64,000 bases of DNA from an uncultured Deinococcaceae bacterium (GCA_964252075.1 CAXULY010000011.1:63548-127547); one strand, 5' to 3'. Numbered from the stretch's first letter, positions 1-10,511 are shown. A program made the numbers and translations. The notes: generated from the sequence alone by a model not told the origin.

Positions 1-1125
1 CCCGAAGCCCAGCCCGAACAGCACATACGCACACAGCAGCAGCGGCAGGGGCGTGTCGGCCTGCAGGCGCGTGAGCAGCAGCGCGCTCCCCAGGAGGCCC
101 GCCCCCGCCAGCAGCAGCGGCAGGCGCGTGCCGGTGCGGCCCACCAGGAACCCGGACAGCGGGGAGCACACCGCCATCGCGAGCGCGGTGGGGAGCAGCA
201 GCAGGCCCGTGGTGAAGGCCGCGAGGTGACGGGTGTTCTGGAGGTACAGCGAGTTCAGGAACAGGAAGGCGCCGAAGGAGAGGAACGCGCACACGGCCGT
301 CACCGCGGCGGTCGTGAAGGGCACGCTGCGAAAGAAGCGCAGGTCGATGAGGGGCTCCGCCCTGCGCGCCTCGACGCGCAGCAGGGTGATGAGCGAGGCG
401 AGCGTCACCGCGAACACGCCGAGGATGCTGGCGGACGTCCAGCCGAGCCGCGGCGCCTCAATGAGGCCGAACACCAGGGACGCCAACGTCACGATGACGA
501 GCGCCTGCCCGGCCGGGTCGAGGCGCCGCGCGTAATCCCCGCGCGACTCCGGCACGAACAGCGCCGACAGGACGATGGCCAGCAGCCCGATGGGCGCGTT
601 GATCCAGAAGATCGCGCGCCAGCCGGCGGTCTCCGTCAGCAGCCCACCCACGATGGGGCCGAGGGCCATAGAGATGCCAACCACGGCGCCCCACACGCCG
701 ATGGCGCGTGAGCGCTCGGTGGGGTCGGTGAAGGTGTTGGTGATGATGGACATCGCGACGGGATTCAGCATCGCGCCGCCAAGGCCCTGCAGGGCGCGGA
801 AGGCGATCAGCCACCCGATGCTGGGCGCGAGGCTGCACAGCACGGAACCGACCGTGAAGAGGGCGAGCCCCACCTGAAAGGTGCGGCGCCGCCCGACGCG
901 GTCGGCGGTGGAGCCCGCGAGCATCAGGAAGCTCGCGAGGATCAGCGTGTAGGCGTCCAGCGTCCACTGCTGACCGGACACGGCGGTGTGCAGGTCCCGG
1001 CCAATGGAAGGCAGGGCGACGTTCACGATGGTGGCGTCCATCGAGACGAGGAACAGGCTGAGGCAGCAGATGCCCAGGATCAGGTTCTTCGGGCGTGCAC
1101 GCTGCCCCTCGACACTTGTAGACAT
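1..1125 (-). CDS. DHA2/EmrB-QacA family MFS efflux transporter (3' end runs off the window)
   Basis: Manual translation from ATG at 1125: MSTSVEGQRARPKNLILGICCLSLFLVSMDATIVNVALPSIG... carries the D-x-T-I-V-N-V-A-L-P motif and later WRAIFWINAPIG. Not in the ORF track because it is open at the window edge. Confidence 0.9.
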   Translation of the reverse strand, partial: MSTSVEGQRARPKNLILGICCLSLFLVSMDATIVNVALPSIGRDLHTAVSGQQWTLDAYTLILASFLMLAGSTADRVGRRRTFQVGLALFTVGSVLCSLAPSIGWLIAFRALQGLGGAMLNPVAMSIITNTFTDPTERSRAIGVWGAVVGISMALGPIVGGLLTETAGWRAIFWINAPIGLLAIVLSALFVPESRGDYARRLDPAGQALVIVTLASLVFGLIEAPRLGWTSASILGVFAVTLASLITLLRVEARRAEPLIDLRFFRSVPFTTAAVTAVCAFLSFGAFLFLNSLYLQNTRHLAAFTTGLLLLPTALAMAVCSPLSGFLVGRTGTRLPLLLAGAGLLGSALLLTRLQADTPLPLLLCAYVLFGLGFG

Positions 1126-1137
1126 ACAACCATTGTA
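1116..1137 (-). promoter_or_regulatory. Leaderless -10 (TACAAT) plus TTGTA-N4-TACAA inverted repeat over the MFS start codon
   Basis: Minus strand reads TACAAT-ggttgt-ATG; ttgta-gaca-tacaa at 1116-1129 overlaps the ATG. Confidence 0.55.
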
Positions 1138-1577
1138 GGTCTGTTGCGTTAGCGCCACGCGCACGCACTCATGTCCACAGGGTGTCACCGGCAGATGTAC
1201 CGACGCACAGGGCAGGCGCGCCTGTCCGTTCAGCGCAAGGTCCAACCGCTATCGCGCCAGCGCGTGTAGCGGACCCGATCAGTTCCCTACGCCAAACAGC
1301 CGGGCTGGCAGGCACCGCTGCCCCACCCGCCAGGAGTATCTGAACCGTTGGCGTCATGACACCCCGCAACTTCATGATCTGGACGCTTCGATTCGTGAGC
1401 TGTGGGGTGCATGGAGGCCGGACATCAGGCGCCCTCCAAGGAGGAGGTGCCGACCACGCACGCAACTGAAGGAACTGGCGCTGTCCGAGGCGGCGCACCC
1501 AACATAAGGGTGCCCCTGCCTGCCGTTCATTCAGGTGTCGGGCCAACGGCTGGCGTTGGCGTGCACTCCGGTTGCCG

Positions 1578-2348
1578 TCAGGCGGGTTCGGGCAGGGTGA
1601 ACCAGAAGCGGCTGCCCACCGCTGGGGTGGAGGTGACGCCCACCTCACCGCCCAGGCGTTCCACGCCCTCCTTCACCACCGCGAGGCCCAGCCCGTTGCC
1701 CGGGTAGTCCTCCGGGCGGTGCAGGCGCTCGAACATCCAGAAGATGCGCGTCAGGTCCGCCGCGCGCATCCCAATTCCGCGGTCCTCCACGCTCACCCGC
1801 ACGAAACCCCCGTCCACGCGCGCCGACACCCGCACTTCGGGCCGCTCGCCCGCGCGCACGAACTTCATGGCGTTCTCAATGAGGTTCAGCAGCACCTGGT
1901 GGAGCACCACGGCGTTGCCGCGCACGGTGGGCAGCGCCTCGTCCACCGTCACGCGCGCCCCGCCCTCCTGAATCAGGGGATGCATGTCGCTCAGCACGTT
2001 CTGCACCACCGCTCGCAGGTCCACGGGGGCGAGGGGCAGGTCCGCCTGCGTGAGGCGCACGAGGGTCAGCAGGTGCCGCAGGTGGGTGTCCATGCGTTCC
2101 GCGGCGGCCAGCACGCGGTTCAGGTCCTGGCGCTGCTCGCCGGTGAGGTTCTCCCCGCGCAGCACCAGCGAGACGAAACCGTGGATGGCCGTGAGGGGCG
2201 CGCGCAGGTCGTGCGCGATGGAGCGCGCGAAGGCGTCCTCGTTCAGGCGGTCCGTGGTGCGCGGCGCCGTGGCGGTCGCTCCGGGCGCCGCGTCGTTCGG
2301 TGAGGTGTCCTCCACCAGGCGGCTCATGCCCACCCAGTGTAGGGCCAT
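1578..2348 (-). CDS. Histidine kinase (HisKA + HATPase) with no sensor domain
   Basis: H-box SIAHDLRAPL, N-box NLIENAMKF, G1 EDRGIG, G2 GNGLGLA. True start may be 2327. Confidence 0.9.
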   Translation of the reverse strand: MALHWVGMSRLVEDTSPNDAAPGATATAPRTTDRLNEDAFARSIAHDLRAPLTAIHGFVSLVLRGENLTGEQRQDLNRVLAAAERMDTHLRHLLTLVRLTQADLPLAPVDLRAVVQNVLSDMHPLIQEGGARVTVDEALPTVRGNAVVLHQVLLNLIENAMKFVRAGERPEVRVSARVDGGFVRVSVEDRGIGMRAADLTRIFWMFERLHRPEDYPGNGLGLAVVKEGVERLGGEVGVTSTPAVGSRFWFTLPEPA

Positions 2349-2388
2349 GGACGCGCCCCGGACCGACCCATGGTCGCCACCGCCGGGA

Positions 2389-2832
2389 TCACCCTTCCGG
2401 CGCGGCGGTGGCCGGTCGGGTTGGTGGGTGACTCAGGGCGCCCCAGAACGTGACGAGGGTCCTCAGGGTCTCCACGAGGGCCTCGAAGTGCAGCGGCTTC
2501 ACCACGTAGGCGTTGCAGCCGAGGGTGTAGCAGTCGTGAATGTCCTGTTCATCGCTGGAGGCGCTGAGCATCACGACGGGCAGGGAACGCCACGCCGGGG
2601 TGTGCCGGATGGCCTTCAGGACGTGCGCGCCCGTCATGCCGGGCATCTTGAGGTCCAACAGCACAAGGTCGGGCACTCGCCCGGCGGCATGCGTGGCGCG
2701 CAGCGTGGCAAGCGCACGGGTGCCCAGCGCGGTGGTGACGCGAATGTCGCGTTCGACGCGCGTCAGGGCGAGCCGCACCAGTTCCAGCTCCACTTCCTGA
2801 TCGTCCACCAGCAGCACGTGAGGTGTGGGCAC
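2389..2832 (-). CDS. Single-domain response regulator (Rcp1-like)
   Basis: LLVDD...LLDLKMPGMTG...MLSAS...YVVKP; GTG start at 2832. Confidence 0.9.
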   Translation of the reverse strand: MPTPHVLLVDDQEVELELVRLALTRVERDIRVTTALGTRALATLRATHAAGRVPDLVLLDLKMPGMTGAHVLKAIRHTPAWRSLPVVMLSASSDEQDIHDCYTLGCNAYVVKPLHFEALVETLRTLVTFWGALSHPPTRPATAAPEG

Positions 2833-2839
2833 GGGCGGC

Positions 2840-3259
2840 TCAGGGCGCGCGGCGCGGGGTGCGGGCGGACAGGGACCAGAAGGTGCTGATGGCGTCCACC
2901 GCCGCCTCGAAGTCCTGGTGGCGGACGGGCTTGGTGACGAAGAAGGCGGCGCCCAAGTCGGTGGCCGCCCGGATGTGGATGGGGTCGTCACTCACCGTGA
3001 GGACCACCACGGGCAGGAACGCGAGGCGCGGGTCGTGCTTGATGGTTTCCAGCACCTCAAGGCCCGGCAGGTCGGGGAGGCCGAGGTCCAGGAGGATGAG
3101 TTGCGGGAGGGGCTGGTCTTCCCGCAGCGCGTGCAGGCCCGCGCGGCCGGAGTTGACGCTCTGGACCGCGAAGGTGCCGTGCTGCTCGAACGCCCGGCGG
3201 GTGAGTTCGACGGCATCGTCGTTGTCCTCAATCAGGAGCACCACGGGAGGTGACGGCAT
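2840..3259 (-). CDS. Single-domain response regulator (Rcp1-like)
   Basis: LLIEDND...LLDLGLPDLPG...VLT...FVTKP; TAGGCT 7 bp before the ATG at 3259. Confidence 0.9.
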   Translation of the reverse strand: MPSPPVVLLIEDNDDAVELTRRAFEQHGTFAVQSVNSGRAGLHALREDQPLPQLILLDLGLPDLPGLEVLETIKHDPRLAFLPVVVLTVSDDPIHIRAATDLGAAFFVTKPVRHQDFEAAVDAISTFWSLSARTPRRAP

Positions 3260-3490
3260 CAGCTCCAGCCTAACGCCGCGGAGGCCGCGCCACGCGAGGT
3301 GAAGGCATGCTGAACGCGGCTGGACAGGTGGTCGCGGGTCCTCGCCTGGGTGCACCGTCAGCCACCTGAACAACACCCCCAACATGGGCCGGTTTTCCTT
3401 TCAGGGCGACGGTGGTGCGGTCGGTCCCCGAAGGCGCGGACCCCCTGGGCACAGACCCTCCGGCGCGGCGCGGGCCTCGCGCCGCGCCGG

Positions 3491-4246
3491 TCACCCGAGG
3501 GGCCGGCCGCCGTCCACGGGGATGACGCAGCCGGTGGTGAAGGTGAGGTGCGTGGCGGCCGCCAGGACCGCGCGGGCCACCTCTTCGGCGCGCGCGATGC
3601 GGCCGAGCGGGGTACGTGCCGCCTGCGCGGCGATCACGTCCGGCGGCATGCGCTGCGCGTACTCGCCGTCCACCCAGCCGGGCGACACGCTCAGCACGCG
3701 GATGTCCGGCGCGAGCGCCCGCCCGAGGCTGCGCGTGATGGAGTCCAGCGCCGCCTTGCTGGCGCAGTACGCGACGTTGCTGCCCTGGCCAGTGCGCCCC
3801 GCGATGGAGCTGATGTTCACCACGAGGCCACGCCCGGAGGCGCGCAGGAGCGGCGCGAAGGCGCGCACGCCCGCGAAGGCGCCGCGCACGTTCACGCGCA
3901 GGATGGTGTCGATCCACTCGTCCGTGAGGGCGTCGAGGTCCGCGTGGGGAACGGGGGTGGTGAGGCCCGCGTTGTTCACGAGGAGGTCCAGGCGGCCCTC
4001 CTGGGCGCGCACGCCGTCCGCGGCGGCGGTGAGGGTCGCGCTGTCGTCCACCTGGGTGAGCAGCGCGCGGTGCGCGCCGGGGCCGGGCAGGTGCGCGGCG
4101 AGGTCCTGCGCGCGCGCCGCGCCGCCCGCGTACCCGACGAGCACCGTGGCGCCCGCGTCCGCGAGGGCCGTGCAGATGGCGCGCCCGATGCCGCCCGCGC
4201 CGCCCGTGACGAGCGCCACCTGACCGTTCAGGTCGCCCGCGTTCAT
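3491..4246 (-). CDS. SDR family oxidoreductase
   Basis: TGGAGGIG, NNAG, YCASK; start MNAGDL at 4246 overlaps the LacI stop. Confidence 0.92.
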   Translation of the reverse strand: MNAGDLNGQVALVTGGAGGIGRAICTALADAGATVLVGYAGGAARAQDLAAHLPGPGAHRALLTQVDDSATLTAAADGVRAQEGRLDLLVNNAGLTTPVPHADLDALTDEWIDTILRVNVRGAFAGVRAFAPLLRASGRGLVVNISSIAGRTGQGSNVAYCASKAALDSITRSLGRALAPDIRVLSVSPGWVDGEYAQRMPPDVIAAQAARTPLGRIARAEEVARAVLAAATHLTFTTGCVIPVDGGRPLG

Positions 4247-5247
4247 GGTGGTCCCCCGCGCACGGTGTCGCGCCAGATCAGCTCGCCGGGGTGCAGGCGC
4301 GCGCCGCCCGGCGGGTGCGGTTCGTCCAGCGCGCGCAGGGCGTCCTCGATCATCGCTTCGAGCGGCTGGCGGATGGTGGTGAGGCGGTACGCGAGGCGCC
4401 CGGCCTCCCCGATGCCGTCGAACCCGATGACGCTCACCTCGTCCGGCACGCGCCGCCCGAGGAGCCGCAGGGCGTCCAGCACCCCGATCGCGACGATGTC
4501 GTTCGCGCCGAAGATGGCGTCTGGGCGCTCCCCGGCGGCGTGCAGGTCGAGGGTCGCCTGCATGCCCCACTCGTACTGGAAGGCGCGGGCGGGCGCCGCG
4601 ATGAGCGGCACACCCACCTCCGCGAGGCCCTCCGCGAAGCCTTGCAGGCGGTCCTGGTGCGTGCTGGTTTCCGGGTCGCCGCCGATGAACGCCACGCGCC
4701 GCGCGCCCGCGCCGTGCAGCAGTTGCGCGGCCATGCGCCCGCCCGCGAGGTTGTCGCACGCCACGGACAGCAGGCCCTCGAAGCCCGGCAGGCGCCGGTT
4801 GAAGAGCAGCACCGGCACGTTCAGGCTGGGCGGCGTGCTGTTCAGGCGGGTGGGGAACACGATGGCCGCCTCGATCTGGTAGCTGCGCGCGGCGTCCAGG
4901 GTCTCCTGCACGTCCCGGCGGGCGTCGTGCGTGAGGAGCAGCGCGCGCTTGCCGCGCGCCTCGAGCGCCTGCGCGAACTGCGAGAGGGCCTGCGGGTAGA
5001 AGGGGTTGTGCAGTTCCCCCACGATGAGCGCCACGATGCCGCTGCGCTGCGTGACGAGGCCGCGCGCGATGGCGTTCGGGCGGTACCCGAGCCGCTCGGC
5101 GGCCTCCAGCACGCGCCGCCGCGTCTCGGCGCTGATGTGCGCGCCGGGCGTGAAGGCGCGCGACACCGCGGACTGCGAGACGCCCGCCGCGCGCGACACG
5201 TCCAGGGACGTGACGCGCTGCGCGGTGGGCACGGAATCGTCGCTCAT
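4243..5247 (-). CDS. LacI family transcriptional regulator
   Basis: VTSLDVSRAAGVSQSAVSRAF HTH, YRPNAIARGL hinge, VIGFD and LTTIRQP. Confidence 0.95.
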   Translation of the reverse strand: MSDDSVPTAQRVTSLDVSRAAGVSQSAVSRAFTPGAHISAETRRRVLEAAERLGYRPNAIARGLVTQRSGIVALIVGELHNPFYPQALSQFAQALEARGKRALLLTHDARRDVQETLDAARSYQIEAAIVFPTRLNSTPPSLNVPVLLFNRRLPGFEGLLSVACDNLAGGRMAAQLLHGAGARRVAFIGGDPETSTHQDRLQGFAEGLAEVGVPLIAAPARAFQYEWGMQATLDLHAAGERPDAIFGANDIVAIGVLDALRLLGRRVPDEVSVIGFDGIGEAGRLAYRLTTIRQPLEAMIEDALRALDEPHPPGGARLHPGELIWRDTVRGGPP

Positions 5248-5289
5248 GGGACGCGCATCAGGATAGCGGCATTCACCGGGCGGCGCCCC

Positions 5290-6585
5290 TCAGTCCGCGC
5301 TGACCTGCGCGGGCGTGCCGTAGCGCTCCACGCGCAGGTCCGCCTGGCGCTGGTGGCCCGCGAAGCCCTCGATCTGGCAGATCACCGAGCAGTTCTGCCC
5401 GACCAGCACGCTCGCCTCGCGGGTGGCCCACTGGTACGTGACGGTCTTCAGGAACTTCCCGACCCACAGGCCGCCCGTGTAGCGCGCGGCGCGCCCGGTG
5501 GGCAGGATGTGGTTCGTGCCGATGGCCTTGTCGCCGTACGCGACGTTCGTTTCCGGCCCGAGGAACAGCGAGCCGTAGTTCGTCATGCCGTTCAGGAACA
5601 CCTGCGGGTCGCGCGTGAGGACCTGCACGTGCTCGCTCGCGATGTCGTCCGCGAGGCGAACCATCTCGGCCTCGTCGTCCGCGAGGATGATCTGCCCGTA
5701 GTCCGTCCAGGCCTGCCGCGCGACCGGTGCGGTGGCGAGCACGCCGAGCTGCCGCTCGATTTCCGGCACCACCGCCGCCGCGAGCGCCTCGGAGGTGGTC
5801 AGGAGCACCGCCGGGCTGTTCGGGCCGTGCTCCGCCTGACCGAGCAGGTCCGTGGCGACCATCTCGGCGTCGGCGGAGTCGTCCGCGATCACCAGCGTCT
5901 CGGTGGGTCCCGCGAGCAGGTCAATGCCCACCTGACCGAACAGCTGCCGTTTCGCTTCCGCGACATAGGCGTTCCCGGGCCCCACCAGCATGTCCACGGG
6001 CGCGATGTCCTCCGTGCCGAGCGCGAGGGCCGCGAGGGCCTGCACGCCCCCCATGATGTAGATCTCGTCGGCGCCCGCGAGGAACATGGTCGCGACGGTC
6101 GCGGGGTACGGCGCGCCGTCCTTGGGCGGCGTGACGGCCACCACGCGCGGCACGCCCGCCACTTTCGCCGTCGCGACGCTCATGATGGCGCTCGCGATCA
6201 TGGGGTAACGCCCGCCCGGCACGTAGCACGCGACGCTGTTCACGGGCAGCACCTTGTGCCCGAGCGTCACGCCCGGCAGGGTCTGGACCTCCACGTCGTG
6301 AATGCTGGCGCGCTGGGCGCGCGCGAAGGTCCGCACCTGCTCCAGCGTGAAGCGGATCGCCGCGAGGTGCGCTTCCGGCACCTGCGCGATCAGCGCCTGC
6401 ACCTCGTCGGCGCTCAGGCGGAAGCTGGCCGGGTCCCAGCGGTCGAAACGCGCGGAGAGTTCACGCAGGGCCGCGTCGCCGCGGGCGCGCACGTCTGCGA
6501 TGATGCCGCGCACGGTCTGCTCCACCTCGCCGTGCGCCTCAAGCTGGCTCTGGACGGTCATGCCGGACTTCAAGGTGCGGGCCAT
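5290..6585 (-). CDS. Histidinol dehydrogenase homolog, HpsN-like subgroup (paralog 1)
   Basis: [46 protein letters not shown] (GDK rather than the HisD GDY), EGFAGH. Confidence 0.88.
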   Translation of the reverse strand: MARTLKSGMTVQSQLEAHGEVEQTVRGIIADVRARGDAALRELSARFDRWDPASFRLSADEVQALIAQVPEAHLAAIRFTLEQVRTFARAQRASIHDVEVQTLPGVTLGHKVLPVNSVACYVPGGRYPMIASAIMSVATAKVAGVPRVVAVTPPKDGAPYPATVATMFLAGADEIYIMGGVQALAALALGTEDIAPVDMLVGPGNAYVAEAKRQLFGQVGIDLLAGPTETLVIADDSADAEMVATDLLGQAEHGPNSPAVLLTTSEALAAAVVPEIERQLGVLATAPVARQAWTDYGQIILADDEAEMVRLADDIASEHVQVLTRDPQVFLNGMTNYGSLFLGPETNVAYGDKAIGTNHILPTGRAARYTGGLWVGKFLKTVTYQWATREASVLVGQNCSVICQIEGFAGHQRQADLRVERYGTPAQVSAD

Positions 6586-6607
6586 CAGGGCTCCTTTCTG
6601 CTGGCCT

Positions 6608-7408
6608 TCAGTCGTAGGCCGAATGGGGGCGGTCGGGGGTGGGCGGCTCGCCCTGCAGGTCCGCCAGGACCGCGCGGGCGGCGCCGCCGAGGAGGGCGGA
6701 GTCGGACCCGGCGGTCACGAAGCGGTACCCGAGCGCCACGGCGGCGCGGGCGAGGGGCGCGCCGGGCGTGAAGATGCCGGGGATCAGGCCGTGCGCCGCG
6801 GTGCGCTCGGCGATGCGCGTCACGGCGGCGAGCAGGTCGCCCGCGCGGAAGTCGAAGTCCGCGCGGCCCGTCAGGCTGAGACTCAGGTCGCCCGGCCCCA
6901 CGAAGACGCCATTCAGGCCGGGCGTTTCGAGGATGGCGTCCAGGGCGTCCAGTCCGGCGCGCGTCTCGATCATCGCGAAGATGAGGGTCTGGCGGTCCGC
7001 GTCGCGCGCGTCGTCGCCGTACAGCAGGCGCGCGCGGGTGGGGCCGAAGCTGCGCCCGCCCGCGGGCGGGTAGCGGCAGGCGTGCACCAGGGCACGCGCC
7101 TGCTCGGGCGTCTCGATGAGCGGGCAGATGACGCCCACCGCCCCGGCGTCCAGGGCGTGCATGAGGTCCGGCGGGTGCAGGCCCGCGACGCGCACGAGGG
7201 GCGCGGCGGGCGTCGCGCTGATCGCCTGCAGAGCCTGCAGCAGCCCGCCCTCGCCGATCAGGCCGTGCTGCAGGTCGAGGGTGAGGGCGTCGTACCCGGC
7301 GCGGCCCATGATCTCGGCGCTCAGGCCGCCCGGCAGGTGCAGCCAGCCGTTCAACACCACCTCGCCCGCCGTGAGGCGTTCGTGCAGGTGCGCGCGGGCG
7401 TCAGGCAC
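6608..7408 (-). CDS. HpcH/HpaI aldolase family protein
   Basis: [28 protein letters not shown]. Confidence 0.9.
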   Translation of the reverse strand: MPDARAHLHERLTAGEVVLNGWLHLPGGLSAEIMGRAGYDALTLDLQHGLIGEGGLLQALQAISATPAAPLVRVAGLHPPDLMHALDAGAVGVICPLIETPEQARALVHACRYPPAGGRSFGPTRARLLYGDDARDADRQTLIFAMIETRAGLDALDAILETPGLNGVFVGPGDLSLSLTGRADFDFRAGDLLAAVTRIAERTAAHGLIPGIFTPGAPLARAAVALGYRFVTAGSDSALLGGAARAVLADLQGEPPTPDRPHSAYD

Positions 7409-8066
7409 AGGGCACCCCCATGAGGGCGGCCGTGAGCGCCTGCGGGGCGTCCAGCGGCAGGTAGTGGCCCGCGCCGGGCACGCGCGTCACCTCCGCCCGC
7501 GGGTTGACGGCGCGCACTTCGTCCGCGAGGTGCGGCGGCGTCACGGGGTCATCCTGCCCGACCAGCACGCTCAGGGCGCCCTGGTACCGCGCGAGGTCCG
7601 GTCGGCTGTCCGGGCGCGCGCGCAGCAGGCCCAGCTGCTCCAGGTGCGCCTGCGGGCCCACGCGGCGCGCCATAGCCAGCAGGGCGGCGCGGTGCGGGCC
7701 CACGCTGAGCGCGTCAATCAGCGGTTCGAAGCGACCGGCGCGGATTTCGCGCTCGTGGTCGGCCCACACGTTCAGTTGCGCGGGGGTCGGCGCGCGCGGG
7801 TTGGCGCTCAGCAGGGTGAGGCGCGCGAGGCGCTGTGGGGCGAGCCGCAGCACCTCGAAGGCCACGATGGCGCCCAGCGAGAAGCCCACGAGGTGAAAGG
7901 GCCGTCCGTCCGGGACGGCGTCCATCACGCGGCCCGCCGCCTGCGCGAGCGTGGCGCCGCGCACAGCGTCCAGCACCCGGGCGCCCGTCGGCACCGTGAC
8001 GTCGTTCCAGAGGGCCGCGTCGCACAGGGTGCCCGGCACCAGCACGGTGGGGGGGCGCTGGGTCAC
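7401..8066 (-). CDS. Alpha/beta fold hydrolase
   Basis: PGTLCD, GFSLGA nucleophile elbow, GQDD, GAGHY. Confidence 0.88.
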   Translation of the reverse strand: MTQRPPTVLVPGTLCDAALWNDVTVPTGARVLDAVRGATLAQAAGRVMDAVPDGRPFHLVGFSLGAIVAFEVLRLAPQRLARLTLLSANPRAPTPAQLNVWADHEREIRAGRFEPLIDALSVGPHRAALLAMARRVGPQAHLEQLGLLRARPDSRPDLARYQGALSVLVGQDDPVTPPHLADEVRAVNPRAEVTRVPGAGHYLPLDAPQALTAALMGVPCA

Positions 8067-8070
8067 GGCG

Positions 8071-8682
8071 CTACTCGTCCCCGAACTGGCGGCGCATCTG
8101 GTCTTCCAGTTCCGCGAAGTTCGCGGGTTTGATCATCTTGCCGCGCTCGTCCGCCTCGAAGCCGTGCTCACGCGCGCGGCGGATCACGTCGGGCGCCCAG
8201 TAGGGGTCCTTGCCCTCGAAGACCTGGTGTTTCTCCAGCACCGCGAAGATCCAGCTTTCGCCCTCGTCGACCGCCTCGAAGCCGCGCCACAGCTTGGGCG
8301 GCAGCGTCACGTAATCGAACTCGTCGAGGATGGTCTCGCCGTCCACGCGGTCCGGGTCCTCGCCCCAGTAGAAGCGCCAGCGGCCCCTCAGCGGCAGGAA
8401 CGACTCGATGTAGTCGTGCGTGTGGTAGGCAGGGCCGTTGCCCTGCCGGGCGCGCACCATGCCGATCTGGAAGCCGTGCGGGGCGCTGATGAAGGGCGCG
8501 TAGGCGTCGTTCTCGCTGGCGGTGTCGCCGATAATGGCGTAGTTGTGCCGCTGGTGGCCGGGGATGATGCTGTCGATGAACATGAGGGGCACTGCGCGGG
8601 ATTTCAGGTCGCGGAAGCGCACCACGTGGCCGGTCATGGCGCCGAGGTCTTCGTGCGGGCGGGCGTCTGGCGTGGATGTCAT
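8071..8682 (-). CDS. Cupin domain protein
   Basis: GNGPAYHTHDYIESF cupin motif 1; RBS GGAGG before the ATG at 8682. Confidence 0.8.
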   Translation of the reverse strand: MTSTPDARPHEDLGAMTGHVVRFRDLKSRAVPLMFIDSIIPGHQRHNYAIIGDTASENDAYAPFISAPHGFQIGMVRARQGNGPAYHTHDYIESFLPLRGRWRFYWGEDPDRVDGETILDEFDYVTLPPKLWRGFEAVDEGESWIFAVLEKHQVFEGKDPYWAPDVIRRAREHGFEADERGKMIKPANFAELEDQMRRQFGDE

Positions 8683-8760
8683 GGAACCTCCGTGGGCGGC
8701 GTGAACCGCGCGGGGAAGCGGGCTGGGACGGCACCGGCGGCGTCCGCCACCGGCTCGTTT

Positions 8761-8805
8761 TGCATACGTATGCACCACCGTAGCCCTCGCCGCCCCGTTC
8801 GTCAA
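8761..8805 (-). promoter_or_regulatory. Leftward sigma70 promoter (TTGACG-N17-TACGGT) with perfect palindromic operator TGCATACGTATGCA (8761-8774)
   Basis: Read directly from the sequence; central CG is typical of LacI operators. Confidence 0.8.
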
Positions 8806-8915
8806 GCCGGACGGTCAAGGCATGACCGGGCAGCCTTCGAGTCTGCCCTGCACCCATCCTTGAGACCCGGAGCCATCCACCTCACCTCCTGGTGCGCGCG
8901 CCTGAAGCTCAGCCC

Positions 8916-8963
8916 TTGACAAACTTCGGAACGCCCAACTAAGGTGTCTGCATACGTATGCAG
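8916..8963 (+). promoter_or_regulatory. Rightward sigma70 promoter (TTGACA-N18-TAAGGT) with perfect palindromic operator CTGCATACGTATGCAG (8948-8963)
   Basis: Same 14-bp core as 8761-8774, just downstream of the -10. Confidence 0.8.
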
Positions 8964-9135
8964 GACAGGGGTGCGCCGCAGAGGTGGGGAATTGCCCACC
9001 TTGTCCCTCACCCCACGCCGCGACCCGCCTGAGCCCCGCATGCCCACGTCCCCCAGGCGAACACCCGTACCCCCGACCCACGTCCCGCCGGGTTCCCTTC
9101 GACTTCACGCGATGGCGGTCTCAGGAGGATGCACC

Positions 9136-10503
9136 ATGCACACAGCAAGCACGGCAGTTCGGCAGCGGTTGGCGCTCGGTCTGGTCGCGGTCTTCGGTCT
9201 GGGGAGCGTCGCAGCCCCAGTGCACGCGCAGGGCAGCGTGCCCTACGGCCTCAAGGCCGGGAAACCCTACGCGGGCACCAAACTGAAGTTCCTGATCTGC
9301 TGCCTGGGCGCCGGGCAGTTCGCGCAGCTCTCCAAACTGACCGCGCCCGGCGGCGAGTTCGAGCAGCTCACCGGCATCACCGCCACCTGGGAGAACACCC
9401 CCTACGAGGCCCTGCAGCAGAAGGAACTGGTGGAGGCCACCACCGGCAGCACCTACGACGTCGTCGCGTGGGTGGACGCCTGGGGTGAAGCCATCAAGCC
9501 GTACCTCTCGCCCCTGAACGCCCGCATCAAGGCCGACAAGGTGAACCTCGCGGACTACCCGAAGGCCTACATCGAGGCCAGCACGGACCGCCAGGGCAAC
9601 ATCATCGGCATGCCCTTCCGCGGGCACCCGCTGGTGCTGTTCTACCGCAAGGACATCTTCAAGCAGCTGGGCCTCACCGTGCCGCGCACGTGGCAGGACG
9701 TCATCACCACCGCGCAGACCATCCAGCAGAAGAAGCCCGGCACCGAGGGCCTCTCCAGCATGTACAAGGTGAACGCCGGGCAGAACCTCTTCAGCTGGGT
9801 GAGCATGCTGTGGGGCAACGGCGGCGATATCCTCGACAAGACCGGCCGACCGGTCTTCAACAGCCCCAAGGGCCTGCAGGCCACGCAGACGTACATCGAC
9901 ATGCTGCGCAAGTACAAGGTCACGCCCGCCGCCGCCACCACCTACGGCGAACCGGAGTCCTCCACGGAGATCCTGCAGGGCCGCGCCGCGATGTGGGTGG
10001 GCTGGTGGTGGTACTGGGCGCAGTTCGCGGACCCCAAAGCCGTCGCGCCCGCCGTGCTGAACAACGTCGGCTTCGCGCCCGCGCCCGGCTGGAAGGGCGG
10101 CACCACCCAGAACTACGCGCTGGTGTGGCCCATCGGGATCTTCAAGAACTCCAAGAACCAGGACGCCGCCTGGGAGTTCATCAAGTACGTGTCGAACAGC
10201 GACGTGCAGAAGAAAGTCGCGAGCAACCGCAGCGACCCCGCCCTCGCGGACAACACCATCGTGACCTTCACCGGCATGAACGACGCCAAGGTGAACGCCG
10301 CGAACGGCGGCATCCCCAAGGTGGGCGCGCAGGCCCTGCGCACCGCCCGCACGCTCCCGCAGACGCCCACCTGGGCGCAGATTCAGAGCGTGCTGGAGAT
10401 CGGCATCAACAAGATGGCGACGGGCGCCGACGTGAAACCCACCCTCGACCAGATGGCGCGGGACGTGGACGCCATCCAGAAGCGCGCGGGCCTCTACAAG
10501 TAA
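9136..10503 (+). CDS. Sugar-type (CUT1) ABC transporter substrate-binding protein
   Basis: RBS AGGAGG, signal peptide ending VHA-Q, GMPF...LFYRKDIF, QGRAAM, AAWEFIKY. Confidence 0.92.
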   Translation: MHTASTAVRQRLALGLVAVFGLGSVAAPVHAQGSVPYGLKAGKPYAGTKLKFLICCLGAGQFAQLSKLTAPGGEFEQLTGITATWENTPYEALQQKELVEATTGSTYDVVAWVDAWGEAIKPYLSPLNARIKADKVNLADYPKAYIEASTDRQGNIIGMPFRGHPLVLFYRKDIFKQLGLTVPRTWQDVITTAQTIQQKKPGTEGLSSMYKVNAGQNLFSWVSMLWGNGGDILDKTGRPVFNSPKGLQATQTYIDMLRKYKVTPAAATTYGEPESSTEILQGRAAMWVGWWWYWAQFADPKAVAPAVLNNVGFAPAPGWKGGTTQNYALVWPIGIFKNSKNQDAAWEFIKYVSNSDVQKKVASNRSDPALADNTIVTFTGMNDAKVNAANGGIPKVGAQALRTARTLPQTPTWAQIQSVLEIGINKMATGADVKPTLDQMARDVDAIQKRAGLYK

Positions 10504-10511
10504 GGACCGGA

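Noticed and set aside
5290..6585. Calling the dehydrogenases hisD or hpsN outright
   Set aside because: GDK motif and absence of his genes argue against hisD; no sulfonate-cleavage genes support DHPS as substrate.
4291..6771. 826-aa plus-strand ORF (also 12408-14822 minus, 9121-10584 minus, 60835-63726 plus)
   Set aside because: Antisense shadows of real genes, caused by high-GC codon bias; no recognisable motifs.
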